Made by a program: the position numbers and the translations under genes. The notes below the pieces were generated by a model, which saw nothing but the letters and a program-made list of their open reading frames with translations, had not been told where the DNA came from and ran no database searches. A DNA stretch of 64,000 nt from Octopus vulgaris (lineage: Eukaryota): NCBI GenBank assembly GCA_951406725.2, contig OX597841.1, positions 13,392,001 to 13,456,000 on the forward strand, written 5' to 3'. Below are positions 13,327 through 26,833 of the stretch, in pieces (positions within the stretch are counted from its first letter, which is position 1; the number at the start of each line of letters is the position of its first letter).

Positions 13327-13532
13327 TTTTACTCTTTTACTTGTTTCAGTTATTTGACTGCGGCCATGCTGGAGCACCGCCTTTAATCGAGCAACTCGAC
13401 CCCGGGACTTATTCTTTGTAAGCCCAGTACTTATTCTATCGGTTTCTTTTGCTGAACAACTAAGTAACGGGAACGTAAACACACCAGCATCGGTTGTCAA
13501 GCAATGCTAGGGGGACAAACACAGACACACAA

Positions 13533-13578
<46 letters not shown>

Positions 13579-13740
13579 GACGGGCTTCTTTCAGTTTCCA
13601 TCTACTAAATCTACTGACAAGGCTTTGGTCGGCCCGAGGCTGTAGTAGAAGACACTTGCCCAAGATGCCACGCAGTGGGACTGAACCCGGAACCATGTGG
13701 TTGGTAAACAAGCTACTTACCACACAGCCACTCCTGCACC
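13327..13740 (-). mobile_element. Family A SINE, full length, nested in a family D SINE (13251-13326 plus 13741-13800)
   Basis: Family D tRNA-like head lies on the left; its cttgagcaagacacttcatttcacattgctcca continuation lies on the right. Confidence 0.85.
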
Positions 13741-15089
13741 TAGTTCTTGAGCAAGACACTTCATTTCACATTGCTCCACACACCCTTCCGATTGGGTGTT
13801 GGCCTGCTCACCTAACCAGCGGGGCGATACCATTTGCAAAAAATCGCATTGTGACCAGCGATGTGTAACATCAGACAGCCTGGTCAGTCACATGATCACA
13901 TGAGCATGTGATAGTGTATCTAAGAGTATCTTACTTAATGTGTCTTTCCTTGATATTGTTGTTATGTAACCTCGGAACTAGCAGATCTAATGAAAGGCAT
14001 TCCAACCATGACCTTCCCATCTTTTATTCTGGCATAGTTCATCTAAGGCTACATTATTTAGTGTGTCCTTCTTCATAGTTGTTGCTATTTAACCCCACGT
14101 CGGCCCAGATCCAGTAGATCCATGATCAAAGTTGTTCCAGCCATGACCACCTCATGTTTTTGCACATCAAGCTTACACTTTCTTACACATACACACACAC
14201 ACACACACACTCACACACATACGCACACACAAATATAGTTTGTCCTGAAGACAGTAGGGTAAGATTTGAGGGCAGTTTGGCTGTTGTTTCTAGCTGGCTG
14301 GTCAACCACGTTGAATGCCTCCTTCTTTGGAAAAACTGATGTTTGTTTCTCTGTTGTTGGATGTGGTTATGTGGGAGTTGGTTGGTTGCCATGGTGACGA
14401 CCCTGGGTGTGTGGGGGGATGAAGAGGGGGAACTTGTTGGATATGTTAGGGGAGGGATGGAAGAGGAGGAGAGGTTTGTCCCCCTCCACCACCACTTATA
14501 ATGGAAGTAGGCTATTTGAAGAATGTTGAGTGTATATATATATATACGTGTGTTTGTGTATATAAACATGTTTGTGTATATATGTATGTGTTGTTTGTGT
14601 TTTTATGTGTCTACATGTATGTTTGTGTATGTGCGTATATATGTATGTATTTGTGTTATGTACATGTTTGTGTGTATATGTGTTTGTGTGTGCGTTTGAG
14701 TATGTATGATATATCATTAATAGGTGTGTATAATGACCACATTGTTTGTATATCTGCTGCTCTACACACCCATCATCAGTAATAATGATACTTTTCATGA
14801 TTCACTCTACACACACACACATGTGTGTGTGTATATACACACACATATACACATAAATATACACACATGTGTATATATATATACACACATACATATATAT
14901 ATGTATATACATATATATATTATACACACATTTATACACACATATATATATATATAAACACATACACATATCTATACACACATATATATACATATTCGTT
15001 TTATTGTGTGTGTGTATATATATATATATATGTATATATATTTATATATATAACCCATGCTAGCATGGAAAACGGACGTCAAACGATGA

Positions 15090-15576
15090 TGATATATATA
15101 TATATATGTGTATATATATGTATATATATATGTGTGTATATATATATATGTATATATGTGTATATATATGTGTGTATATATATATATATGTATATATGTG
15201 TATATATATGTGTGTATATATATATATGTATATATATATGTGTATATATATATATGTGTATATATATGTGTATATATATATGTGTATATATATGTGTATA
15301 TATATATGTGTATATATATGTGTATATATATGTGTATATATATATGTGTATATATATATGTATATATATATGTGTATATATATATGTATATATATATGTG
15401 TATATATATATGTATATATATATGTATATGTATATATGTATATATGTATATATATATGTATATATATATGTATATATGTATATATGTATGTATATATGTA
15501 TGTATATATGTATATATGTATGTATATATGTATATATATATGTATATATGTATATATATATGTATATATGTATATA

Positions 15577-15621
<45 letters not shown>

Positions 15622-15632
15622 GTATATATATG

Positions 15633-15665
<33 letters not shown>

Positions 15666-15675
15666 GTATAGATAT
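15090..15675. repeat. ~580-bp (TA)n/(TATG) microsatellite
   Basis: Seen directly. Confidence 0.95.
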
Positions 15676-16256
15676 AGTTAGATGTTCTTCTGGTTGGTTC
15701 AGTGGGGTGTCCATCACCATCGTCAGCATCATACCTGCTACCACTACCATCTCCCACCACTACCGACACCACCTCAGCAGTCATCACCCCTTGCTACCAC
15801 CGCCTTCACTACTACTCTCTCCCCTCCGTTTCTATAACCTCCACCACCATTGCTACTTATGCACAGAGATATCAAAGTGAACAGTCTTCTCTCTCTCTCT
15901 CTCTCTCTCGTTAATTATAAACAAGGCACAATTATAAGTTACAAAGCCACTGTGAATGTGAGGACACACTGTCACTAATGAGCTCTCCTGGTTCCCTCAC
16001 CCATGGGTGCATGTGTGCGTGTGTGTGTATATATATATGTGTGTGTGTATATATATATATATATATAGTGGTAAAAAAAAACACTTTCAAGAGAGCTGAA
16101 CTGCAGAGGCTCTTCAGACAAGAAACCCCCCCCCCCCGGGGAGGGGGCAAGTGTTTTGGTCCTTAGCTTCTTATGTTCTAAGGGGTCCAAACCACATCCT
16201 GGTCATGACTCTTGGGTGTCCTTCTACTGACATTCTTTAGCCACTCATATACATAC

Positions 16257-16695
16257 AGGGTAAAGACCCCCTTTAGTCATGAATGGCCATGGGATTGCAC
16301 CCAGAAAGTTCCCCTCCAAGGCACAAGTCCAGGCAGGGTTGTTTTGTGAAAGACCAGCAGTCACCCATGCATACCAGCCTCCTCTCTATACACCATTATA
16401 TGTATATAGGGTAAAGGTTAAAGACCCCCTTCAGTCATGGATGGCCATGGGATTGCACCTAGAAAGTTCCCCTCCGAGGCACAAATCTGGGCAATGTTGT
16501 TTATGGAATACCAGCCTCCCCTCTCCATACCACCAATGTTATCCAAGGGAAAGGCAAAGGGGCCGATACAGCTTGGTACCCGTGACGTCACAACTCATTT
16601 CTACAGATGAGTGAACTGGAGCAATGTGAAATAAAGTGTCTTGCTCAAGAACACAACACGCAGCCCAGTCTGAGAATCGAACTCACAACCTCACC
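16257..16695 (-). mobile_element. Family D SINE with duplicated 3' segment
   Basis: taaagacccc...gggattgcacc.agaaagttcccctcc.aggcacaa occurs at ~16261 and ~16419; head homology with 60297-60500. Confidence 0.75.
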
Positions 16696-17418
16696 TATGA
16701 ATAAAAGACAGGGTGGTCACAGCTGTAACATCTTTGATCATAACATAGGTCAGTCCTGCTAGATCAGGACTGACCTAGGGTTAAGCAATTACATTGATAC
16801 ACATCTATATTAATTAATAAACATGAAATTCTGTCTGTTCAGGATCTTTGTATCTCATTTTACATTTGTTCTCCATAGACATTTTATACCTTTTTGGAAT
16901 CAGGATGATCCCAGGATTGAATACCTGCCCTTCATTTGGTTCTTTTGATCTCTAGCATTGGGATCTGATTTAAAAGCATTTTGGTTGCTATTTCTAGCAT
17001 TTAATTCTTGGCTGATTCACACCATCTTGGTTGGCGTTTGTCAGGTGACATCAGAGATCAAAGGGGAGATAAATGACATTCGTTTCGTTAATTTTTTGTG
17101 GAAGTAAAAACTTTGGTTCAAATTGGCCAACAGCTGGAATTCATCTTGGGACTGGATTAATTTACATCCATCCTTGACCCCTGGTCAAACACCACTGGAG
17201 CCTATACTCATTATAGACGTATTATTGTCTTGCTAATTAGCTCTCTTTTATTTGGGGGCACAGACCTAATTAGCCCTCTGTGGGAGCTTAGCTTAAAAGC
17301 CTACAAGGAGTGCAGCTTTTAGGCTACTTTGTAATAATGCAAACAACATACAGGAAAGACACATTAGATAATATGGTCCTAGATACACTTATGTCTGAAT
17401 AAAAGAGGGGATGGTCAT

Positions 17419-17581
17419 AGCAGGAGTGGCTGTGTGGTAAGTAGCCTGTCTACCAACCACATGGTTCCGGGTTCAGTCCCACTGCGTGGCATCTTGGACA
17501 AGTGTCTTCTACTATAGCCTCGGGCCGACCAATGCCTTGTGAGTGGATTTGGTAGACGGAAACTGAAAGAAGCCTGTCGTA

Positions 17582-17615
<34 letters not shown>

Positions 17616-17830
17616 GCGTTTGTGTGTCTGTGTTTGTCCCCCTAGCATTGCTTGACAACCGATGCTGGTGTGTTTATGTCCCCGTCATTTAGCGGTTCGG
17701 CAAAAGAGACCGATAGAATAAGTACTGGGCTTACAAAAGAATAAGTCCCGGGGTCGAGTTGCTCGATTAAAGGCGATGCTCCAGCATGGCCGCTGTCAAA
17801 TGACTGAAACAAGTAAAAGAGAGTAAAGAG
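17419..17830 (+). mobile_element. Family A SINE, young, inserted in a ~125-bp-unit dispersed repeat
   Basis: Full body; agcagga flanks both ends; host repeat ggatggtcat|...|gaacatc continues across it (compare 62510-62780). Confidence 0.9.
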
Positions 17831-18138
17831 AGCAGGAACATCGTTAATCATAGGTTTGCTGGATCAGGACTGACCTGGGGTTAAACAATTACAAGGAAAA
17901 ACACATTAGATAATGTAGTTTTAGATACACTTGTCTGAATAAAAGATGATGGGATGGTCATGGCTGGGATATATTTGATCCTACACCTGCTGGATCAGTC
18001 TTCTAACAAGTATAGCTGTTAGTTACAGGATTAAGGGATCCTGCAAAGAGTTGATGGTTGACTAGAGAGCTGGGCTAACGGTGGGTTGGATATGTTTATA
18101 AATCTTTAATTTCATCTTTGTCTTTCTCTTTTTTGCAG

Positions 18139-18236
18139 CTGCTGAATATGGTCTCTTCCTGGCCGACGATGATCCAAAAAAAGGCACATGGTTGGAACCA
18201 AGCAAATCTTTAGAATATTTTCTGCTGAGAAATGGG
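18139..18236 (+). CDS. TLN: Talin exon, FERM F0 subdomain C-terminal half (phase 1 to phase 0, 98 nt)
   Basis: Acceptor tctttctcttttttgcag| and donor |gtatgt. Translates (x)AEYGLFLADDDPKKGTWLEPSKSLEYFLLRNG, which aligns without gaps to human TLN1 ~44-76 (PSDFGLFLSDDDPKKGIWLEAGKALDYYMLRNG, recalled). Confidence 0.96.
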
Positions 18237-18260
18237 GTATGTGATATTATTATTATTATT

Positions 18261-18640
18261 CTATGTTTGACTTTTGCTTTACATTTGTACAAGTTGGTTC
18301 CAAGTCTCACCCAGAGACCTCAAGAGACAACAAGTTGGAAGTTCGTGTTGGTGCTATGCCTAGGGTGCCATATATTTGGTTTTGTACTTAGTGTTGTACT
18401 AGTGAATGTCTAAAAAAGACATACGAAAATTGTTTGTTTTAAAACTTGGGATTACATAGAAAGTATTTTGCGTAGGATATGAGCAGTTCCCATGAGCGCT
18501 CCCTTTTGAATTTCTGCCATTTTGGGGTTTCTTAGTCTCTTTTGCTATCATTCCCAGGGCACCTATAACAACAGGTATTGTTTTAGTCTTCAGGTTCCAC
18601 ATTTTGATGATTTCTATTTCAAGATCTTTATATTTGCTCA
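18261..18640 (-). mobile_element. 3' end of a Dong/R4-like non-LTR retrotransposon (RLE C-terminus plus 3' UTR)
   Basis: Minus strand reads SKYKDLEIEIIKMWNLKTKTIPVVIGALGMI, then after a frameshift MAEIQKGALMGTAHILRKILSM* (stop 18452-18454). This is a typical restriction-like endonuclease C-terminus. It ends in (TAA)n, the known Dong target. Confidence 0.8.
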
Positions 18641-18676
18641 TATTATAAATATGCATATAATCTTTATATTATTATT

Positions 18677-18840
18677 ATATGGTTGACCTTTTGCTTTATG
18701 TTTGTACAAGTTGGCTCCAAGTCTCACCCAAAGACCTCAAGAGACAACAGGGTTGGAAGTTCATGTTATGATTAGGGTGCCATCTATTTGGTTTTACGCA
18801 GAGTATTGTTCTACAGAATGTCTGTGAAAGCATAAAGAAA
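18677..18840 (-). mobile_element. Second, more diverged 3' UTR of the same Dong/R4-like element
   Basis: tttgtacaagttgg.tccaagtctcaccca.agacctcaagagacaaca repeats 18284-18330; also next to attattat. Confidence 0.75.
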
Positions 18841-18847
18841 TATTAGT

Positions 18848-19230
18848 AAGGTGGTGAGCTGGCAGAATCGTTAGCACACTGGACGAAATGCTTGGCAGTA
18901 TTTCACCTGTCGCTACGTTCTGAGTTCAAATTCCGCTGAGGTCGACTTTGCCTTTCATCCTTTCAGGGTCAATAAATTAAGTAGGCTTTGTGCCTTTAGT
19001 AAAAAGGATTATTATTATTATTATTATTATTAAGGTGGAGAGCTGGCAGAATCGTTAGCACCACTGGACAAAATGCTCAGTGGTATTTTGCCCACGGCTA
19101 CATTCTGAGTTCAAATTCCGCCACCTTTCATCCTTTCGGGGTCAATGAATCACCAGTTGAGTTCTGGGGTCGATGTAATCGACTGTCCCCCCCCTCCAAA
19201 ATTTCAGGCCTTGTGCCTGTAATAGAAAGG
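18848..19230 (+). mobile_element. Two tandem family B SINEs separated by (TTA)n
   Basis: aaggtgg.gagctggcagaatcgttagc at ~18848 and ~19032. Confidence 0.85.
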
Positions 19231-20239
19231 GTTACGTTGCCATGGCTGTTGCTAGGGCCACTCTCCTTGGGATACAGTTACTCTTAACCAGGACTATGGC
19301 ACCAACTACCACCCTGGGGCCAGAGTGAACTTTGGAATTGCAATGACTATGGGGAGTAACTCCAGACTCCCCAAACCCCAGAAAGACCCAGCTGAAGCAT
19401 CACTTTTCCCCTGATGACCAACCCAAGACCATTGCCTTGAATGACAAATTACTTGATGATGGTGGTGGTGATGGTGGTAGTTGTACAGATAATGGTCTTG
19501 GGGTGGTGGGGGTGGTAGTAAAAGTTGTGGTTGTCATGGTGGGGGTGGTGGTAGCTCAGTAGCAACAGTGGTGTTATATGGATGAAGAATAGTAGTAGTA
19601 GTAGTAGCAACAGCAGTCATTGTATTGACAACTGTGATGATACTACTACCACTACTAATGTTACAACACCTACTACTACTGCTACCATCACCACCACTAC
19701 TGCTACTACAACTACTATTACTACCACCTCCATCACTACTACCACCACCACCACTACTACTACCTTTGCCTGTTCTTAGTATTTGTTGCTTTTTTTTGTT
19801 TATCTTTTGTGTGTTTTTTCTTTCTCTTGTTTATTATTATTATTATTGTTGTTATTATTGTTATTATTGTTATTATTATTTTCCGAGAGGCGTTTTAATT
19901 GTATTTTGTTGTTAATTTGCGAGAGAATCCATTTATGAAGTTCTTGGTTAATTGGCGGTGATGGTGGGGGGGGAGCGAGGTGGGAGGAGGGGGGGTTTAC
20001 TAGCAGCAGCATCATCATCATCATCATCATTGTCACACTTTACCACTGTCACCACCACCACCACCATCATCAGTAAGGTCATTATCACCAGGATTGTAGT
20101 CTTCATCATCATCAGCAGCAACAGCATCACCAACGTGGTCAGATTTTCATCATCACCACCATCACCACCACCACCATCATCATCATCATCACTGTCTCCA
20201 CCACCACAAACTAGAAACACTATATAACAACCATCCTAT

Positions 20240-20371
20240 TATGTATATATGGGTTGTGTGTATATGTGAGTGTATGAGGGTGTGTGTGTGTGTATATATA
20301 TATATATACATACACATACATATATTATATACACACATATATATATCTATATATATATATTTGTGGATTTA

Positions 20372-20406
<35 letters not shown>

Positions 20407-20418
20407 GCATTTGTGTGC

Positions 20419-20457
<39 letters not shown>

Positions 20458-20466
20458 TTTGTGTGC

Positions 20467-20501
<35 letters not shown>

Positions 20502-20510
20502 TTTGTGTGA

Positions 20511-20545
<35 letters not shown>

Positions 20546-20647
20546 TTTGTGTGAGTATATATATATATATATATATATATATTTGCATTTGTGTGAGTAT
20601 ATATATGTATATATATTTGTGCATTTGTGTGTGTATGTATATGTATT

Positions 20648-20682
<35 letters not shown>

Positions 20683-20761
20683 ACACAGCTATATATTTAT
20701 TTGTGCATTTATGTGTATGGCTATATACATATGCACACACACACACAGAGCTATATATGTA

Positions 20762-20792
<31 letters not shown>

Positions 20793-20800
20793 GTATATCT
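20240..20800. repeat. Higher-order compound repeat: gcatttgtgtg.g plus variable (TA)n
   Basis: gcatttgtgtg recurs at least 6 times between 20406 and 20632. Confidence 0.9.
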
Positions 20801-21473
20801 ATATGGGTGTGGTCCGTTTTGCACGACTAAAGTCTAAATGGAAAAGAAAACTAACAAAAAAAATGCAACTACACACACACACATACAAATCTGCACACAC
20901 ACAAGCACACATACATAACCATTACACATACACATGCATTCACACTATGCATATTCTATTGCGCATGCACATATACACACAAACTGCAGATTTTGTCACG
21001 TGTGCACCAACAGCTTCACACACACACACATGCCCACACACTTTCACGCATTTACACACAACAACACACTCACACACACATGTTCACACACACACACACA
21101 CACACATCAATACACACACACACACACATGCCCCTGTTAAAGAACTTCTGTTCCCTATTCAGCCCCTACCATCTCTCTCTTTCTCCTTCCCTTCACAATG
21201 GCATATTTTACCAAACACCCAAAATAGTTACCCTTTTCTTAACTGAAAGATTAGGTGATGACATGATGGGTCTCTACCCACCCTTCCTGCTCTCTCTCTC
21301 TCCATCTCAATTTGCTAATCCCCCTCTCTCTATCTGTGTCTCTGTCTCTCACTCTTGTATCTCTCTTTCTCTCTCCTTCCATCTATCTTTCTCTCTCTCC
21401 CCATCTCTTTCCCCCAGCCTCTCCCCAACATCTGTCTTCATATATCTCTACCCCCATCTCTCTCTCTCTACAC

Positions 21474-21515
<42 letters not shown>

Positions 21516-23689
21516 TCTCTCCCTCTATCATTCTCTGTGTGTCTCCCTGCCCCCTCCCTCTCTCTGACAGTGAATAAAGGGTCTCTTTACGCTCCCCCCC
21601 ACCTTTTTCAAACAAACAGCTTCTGTGGTATTTATAAATATCAAACAAAACTCTATGGTATTATACAGCCTGAAATGGATGCACACACGTACGTATGTAT
21701 ATATATGTATATATATACATATATAATATAGACACATATACATACACACCCACACACATACATACACAGTCATTCACTGTGGTATTTATGTATCTTCAAT
21801 ATTATGGGTGTGTGTGTATATGTATGTGTATATATATATATATATTTAATGGGTGTTTATTTGGCTGAGCTGTATATCACTGCTGAATGTTCACATTTAC
21901 ACACTTAATTCCGATGCATTCCGGCATAGTTTCTGCTGACCAAATTCCATTCCTGGAGTCATTTGCCAAACCAATTCCAATGTAAAAGACACTGAAGACT
22001 CTTACCCAGCATGCACCTGCATCTTTGGGTTTATGAAACAAACTCCATAACTGCACAATGATGATGATGAGGAGGAGTGAGGCTTTTCTTAATGTCTCTA
22101 GGAGAGGGTTCCCAGGCTGTGTCTGTTCCAAGATCTGGCAATTCCTGATGGCATGTGGACTTGGCATCAGCAAGCATCCTGCAGTAAGCTACTGTCTTCC
22201 TGACAAGTAGGACTGGTGGTGGTGGTCATGTGGATTGCCTTATCCTACCCAGGTGCATCTGCATGGGATCCACTTGCAGCTGGTAGTGCGAACCTCTGCT
22301 TGCAAGTCTGCTCCCCAGATTCAAACTCAGGCCACGATAATCAGTGGGGTCTTGGTCAGTAAATCCTCTATGACGGTCAACAATTGATGGCGAGGTGAGC
22401 TGCGATGAATCACACCATCCCAAAGTGTGTATCCATGTGACCAGGGACCACATGTGAATTTATCAGCCTCATCATCTCTTGTAAAGCGGTCTTTTGCCCC
22501 TGTTGTATCTGACTTTGACGGCAGTTGTCATTCTGACAGATATTGTTATATTCCAAATTCATCAATAGAATGGTTCTCTCTGGCATCGTATGACCCCAGT
22601 CATACAGTGCTATTATCATCAAAGGGTTGGATCGTATAATGTCCACTCAGTATCACAGGATTAATATTATATCAACACAGTCTACACGTACTCTCGACCT
22701 TCTACTGGTCTATTTGTAATGGCTAGTTACTACCACTTTTTACTGGGAGTGGCGTATAATTTCACTATACAGCATCATTTAATGTCTGTCTTCCATGCTG
22801 TCATGGGTTGGATGGTTTGAAAGGTGTTAGCAAACCAGAGAGCTGCATCTGGCTTTGTCTGTTTTAGCAAGGTTTCAATGGTTGGATACCTTTCCTAATG
22901 CCAATCACTTTACGCAGTATATTGGATGCTTTTTTGTGCACCAGCACTGATGCTTTTTATATGGTCCCAACACCAGTGGGGTCACTAAGAAAATCTCAGC
23001 TGGGGGAGAGAGCTGAGGGAGGTAGCTTTGTGCCAGGTGAGGGGTTAATGCATAATAGAGGGTTTGAGCTAGATGTCCCATAGTAGAAGAGGTACTTGGC
23101 TACCCCTGTAGGAAAAGAGGGGGTGGAGCGATAGGGTTGGGGGTATCTGCTTTTTGTCATGTGCTTGATGCTTACTCACTTTGTGTCTCAGGATCTTGTC
23201 GGATTGCAATACTCTGTCACTGTACAAGCTTACACACACAGGAAGAGCTTCTTTTAGTTTCCGCTTACCAAATCTATTTAAAAGGCTTTGGTCAGCCTGG
23301 GGTTGTAGTAGCAGACACTTGCCGAAGGTGCTGGACAGTGGGACTGAACCTGAGGTCACAGAGTTGGGAAACAAGCTTGTGTGTGTGTGTGTGAAGACTG
23401 TCTGTCAGCTGTGTTACAATTTGTGTTTGTATATGTGTCTATATATGTGTATATATACATTGTGTGTGTGTGTCTATATATATATATGCTTTATTTAAAA
23501 GCAGCAGAAATTCAACAAAACCTGTTACTCGAAGTTTCGCATTCCCGTTCGTTGGACATATATATATATAGACACACATGTATGTATGTGTATACATACC
23601 CATAATTTTCATATATGTATACATGTATATATATGCATGTATGTATATGTGTGAGTGCATACGTATGTTTCTATGTGTGTATGTATGTG

Positions 23690-23728
<39 letters not shown>

Positions 23729-24146
23729 ATCCTTTATATATCATTAAGTTTGATATACATATATAATGTATGTGTGTGTGTATATATGCGCACGTGACCT
23801 AATTGATGGCTGGTTTAATCCCAAATCCTCACCAAATAACAATGATGTTTGTGGAATTAGTAGTAAGTCACTAATCCTTGCGATGTGGCCACCACTCCAC
23901 ACCATCCCACACCACCACCTACGTCTTGATAAATCCTGCAGCACTTGACTTCTCTTATGTCTGACTGAGGCCAGTTTGATCTCTACTCTACTGATGTACA
24001 TTGGGAATAGTCAACACACATGCACACACACACTCTTACGATCAGACACACATACACTCAAGCACACGCATACTTATAAGCTAATACATACACACACACA
24101 TGCAAGCTCACACATACACACACACACACAAGCTCGCACATGCAAG

Positions 24147-24179
<33 letters not shown>

Positions 24180-24623
24180 CAGTTCTCTCACATGCACACA
24201 CACACACGCTCTCACACACCCACACAAGTGTCTTAACCCATGAAAGTGAAGGGCATGGCTTTTTGTCTACCTGAGGAGTTAAAATATTGCATGGGGCTGT
24301 TTACCTCTTTTCAAGGATAAAGTCTTAAGGGCTGAGAGATCAAGGCCAGGTATTGTTGCTGGTCCACACATAGAGAGGGGCAGGGATAGATGGCTAGTCA
24401 TACATATTAACACCTCACCTATCTGCTACCACCCTCAATACCCTTACCTACCCACCACAACCACTGCCCCCCCCCCCCCGAGCCTCTCCTATATTTCACT
24501 CCATCATTTGCTACAGTCACCCTTTTCCTACCCACTCGCCCAATCCAAACCTCCCTATCCCCTCACCTATTCTCACCCATCCCCCAAATGTCCCTTAATG
24601 GCTCGTCTCAACACATCTTTGCC

Positions 24624-24660
<37 letters not shown>

Positions 24661-24869
24661 TGCTCTCTTTATCTTACTCTCTAACTCACCCTCCTTCCTT
24701 TTCCAACTGGGGTATCCTTGTATCTACACAGCAGGGACACCCGTCCTTGTCCCCCCCCCCCGATGCCTTTCATCTCTCAATTGGCGCAGAGCCAGCCACG
24801 CCTCAATACTGCTCCTCTCCACCCCACCACTGGCTGAGGAGTTTTGCCTTGCAAATTGCTCGGTGACCC

Positions 24870-25520
24870 TGTCAGTGTGGGTTCCACGTAAAAAAGACAC
24901 CCATGTCTCTGCCATGCAAAAAACCCTCAGTCCACTCTGTAAAGTGATTGGCATTAGGAAGGGCATCCAGCTGTAGAAACCAAACCAAGAACAGACAATG
25001 GAGCCTGATGTGGCTCCCGGCCTTGCCAGCTCCTGTCAAACCGTCCAACCCATGCCAGCATGGAAAAACAGACATTAAATGATTATGATGGTGATGATGG
25101 TAGGTCTGGCGAGCTGGCAGAACCGTTAGCACACCGGGCGAAATACGTAACCATATTTCGTCTGCCGTTACGTTCTGGGTTCAAATTCCGCCAAGGTCAA
25201 CTTTGCCTTTCATCCTTTCGGGGTCGATAAATTAAGTACCAGTCACACACTGGGGTCGATGTAATCGACTTAATCCATTTGTCTGTCTTTGTTTGTCTCC
25301 TCTGTGTTTAGCCCCTTGTGGGTAGTAAAGAAATAGGTATTTCGTCTGCCGTTACGTTCTGGGTTCAAATTGCGCCGAGGTCGACTTTGCCTTTCATCCT
25401 CTCGGAGTCGATAAATTAAGTACCAGTCACACACTGGGGTCGATGTAATTGACTTAATCCATTTGTCTGTCCTTGTTTGTCCCCTCTGTGTTTAGCCCTT
25501 TGTGGGTAGTAAAGAAATAG
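24870..25520 (+). mobile_element. Family C element followed by a family B SINE with an internal ~185-bp tandem duplication
   Basis: atttcgtctgccgttacgttctgggttcaaatt at ~25155 and ~25339. Confidence 0.85.
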
Positions 25521-26287
25521 GTAGGTCAAAGGCCATCTAGTTTGAAAGACGTGAAAACACCCATTGACCTCGGGTGACATGACAAGTGATGTGTGTGGCT
25601 TTGCGGCTTCTGATAGAAAATAACCTGCGCAAAAAAGAAAAAACTGACTACGTACACACACACTTACACACGTTGCTATATGCGTGTGCAAGCGCTGGTG
25701 CACATATCGTAACCTAAGCTCTGCAGTTATATTATGGCGTTCAGTTACATTGCTGTTTCTGTTGCACTTTCTTTGCTTTTTTCTTTTATTATCATTGTAA
25801 ATAAATCCTCTTCGTATTAATCGATCAATACCTACATAAATGCGTGTCTGTGTGTTTATGAAATTAATCCTCTGTCTCCCCTCTTTCTCTCTCAATCCAA
25901 GCAGTTTTGTATGTCAGAGTGTTAACAAGAGAGCTTAAAACCCCCATCTTCCCCCCTCTTTGCTATCCCAGCATGCAAACCCCCCCACTCACCCCCTCCA
26001 CACACAACTTCAAAAACAAAAGCAAAAAACAAAACAGCTGGTATTTTTCTGGGTATTGTGTAATGCTTTGAACCCATCTCCCTAAACCTAACTCCCTATA
26101 TATATAGGGAGTTATATATATGTACTTACACACACACACATACATAGCCACGTCCTTACCTAGCTATCTACCTACTTACCTAGTTGACTATCTACCTACC
26201 TGTGCATCTATATAGCTAACCAGTTAAGCGATATATCTCTTCTTTGCCCTCAATCTTCACATGTAGCATGACACACGAACAGTTTAC

Positions 26288-26833
26288 TGCTATTAGTGTT
26301 CCCTTGCAAAAATGCTGCACCTTCTTTCAATCACGTGCCCCATGGACTAAATTACTGCTAGCAATGGCCCCTTTCTATTTGGAAAAAAATTCCCTGGATT
26401 ACGTGACCATTTCGGATTACCGACATTGCTATTAGCATTCCCTTGCAAATATTGCCCCTTCTTTCAGTCATGTACCCCATGAACTAAATTACTGCTAGTA
26501 GTGGCCCCTTTTTATTTGGAAAAAGATTCTCTGGATTACGTGACCGTTTCGGATTACCGACATTGCTATTAGCATTCCCTTGCAAATATTGCCCCTTCTT
26601 TCAGTCATGTACCCCATGAACTAAATTACTGCTAGTAGTGGCCCCTTTTTATTTGGAAAAAAATTCCCTGGATTACGTGACCGTTTCGGATTACCAACAT
26701 TGCTATTAGCATTTCCTTGCAAATACTGCCCCTTCTTTGTCATGTACCCCATGGACTAAATTACTGCTAGCAGTGACCCCTTGTTATTTGGAAAAAAATT
26801 CCCTGGATTACCTGACCGTTTCGGATTACCATC
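26288..26833. repeat. Tandem array, 4 copies of a 137-bp unit
   Basis: tgctattag.. starts at 26288, 26427, 26564 and 26701 (periods 139, 137, 137); units highly similar. Confidence 0.95.

Noticed and set aside
18848-19230. Family B SINE as non-autonomous partner of the Dong-like element (both sit in TAA/TTA runs)
   Set aside because: No shared 3' tail seen, and the repeat polarity is opposite on their sense strands (ATT vs AAT).
21877-22760. Several 70-98 aa ORFs in complex sequence
   Set aside because: No motif recognised; part of the region recurs inverted at 28890, indicating a decayed repeat.
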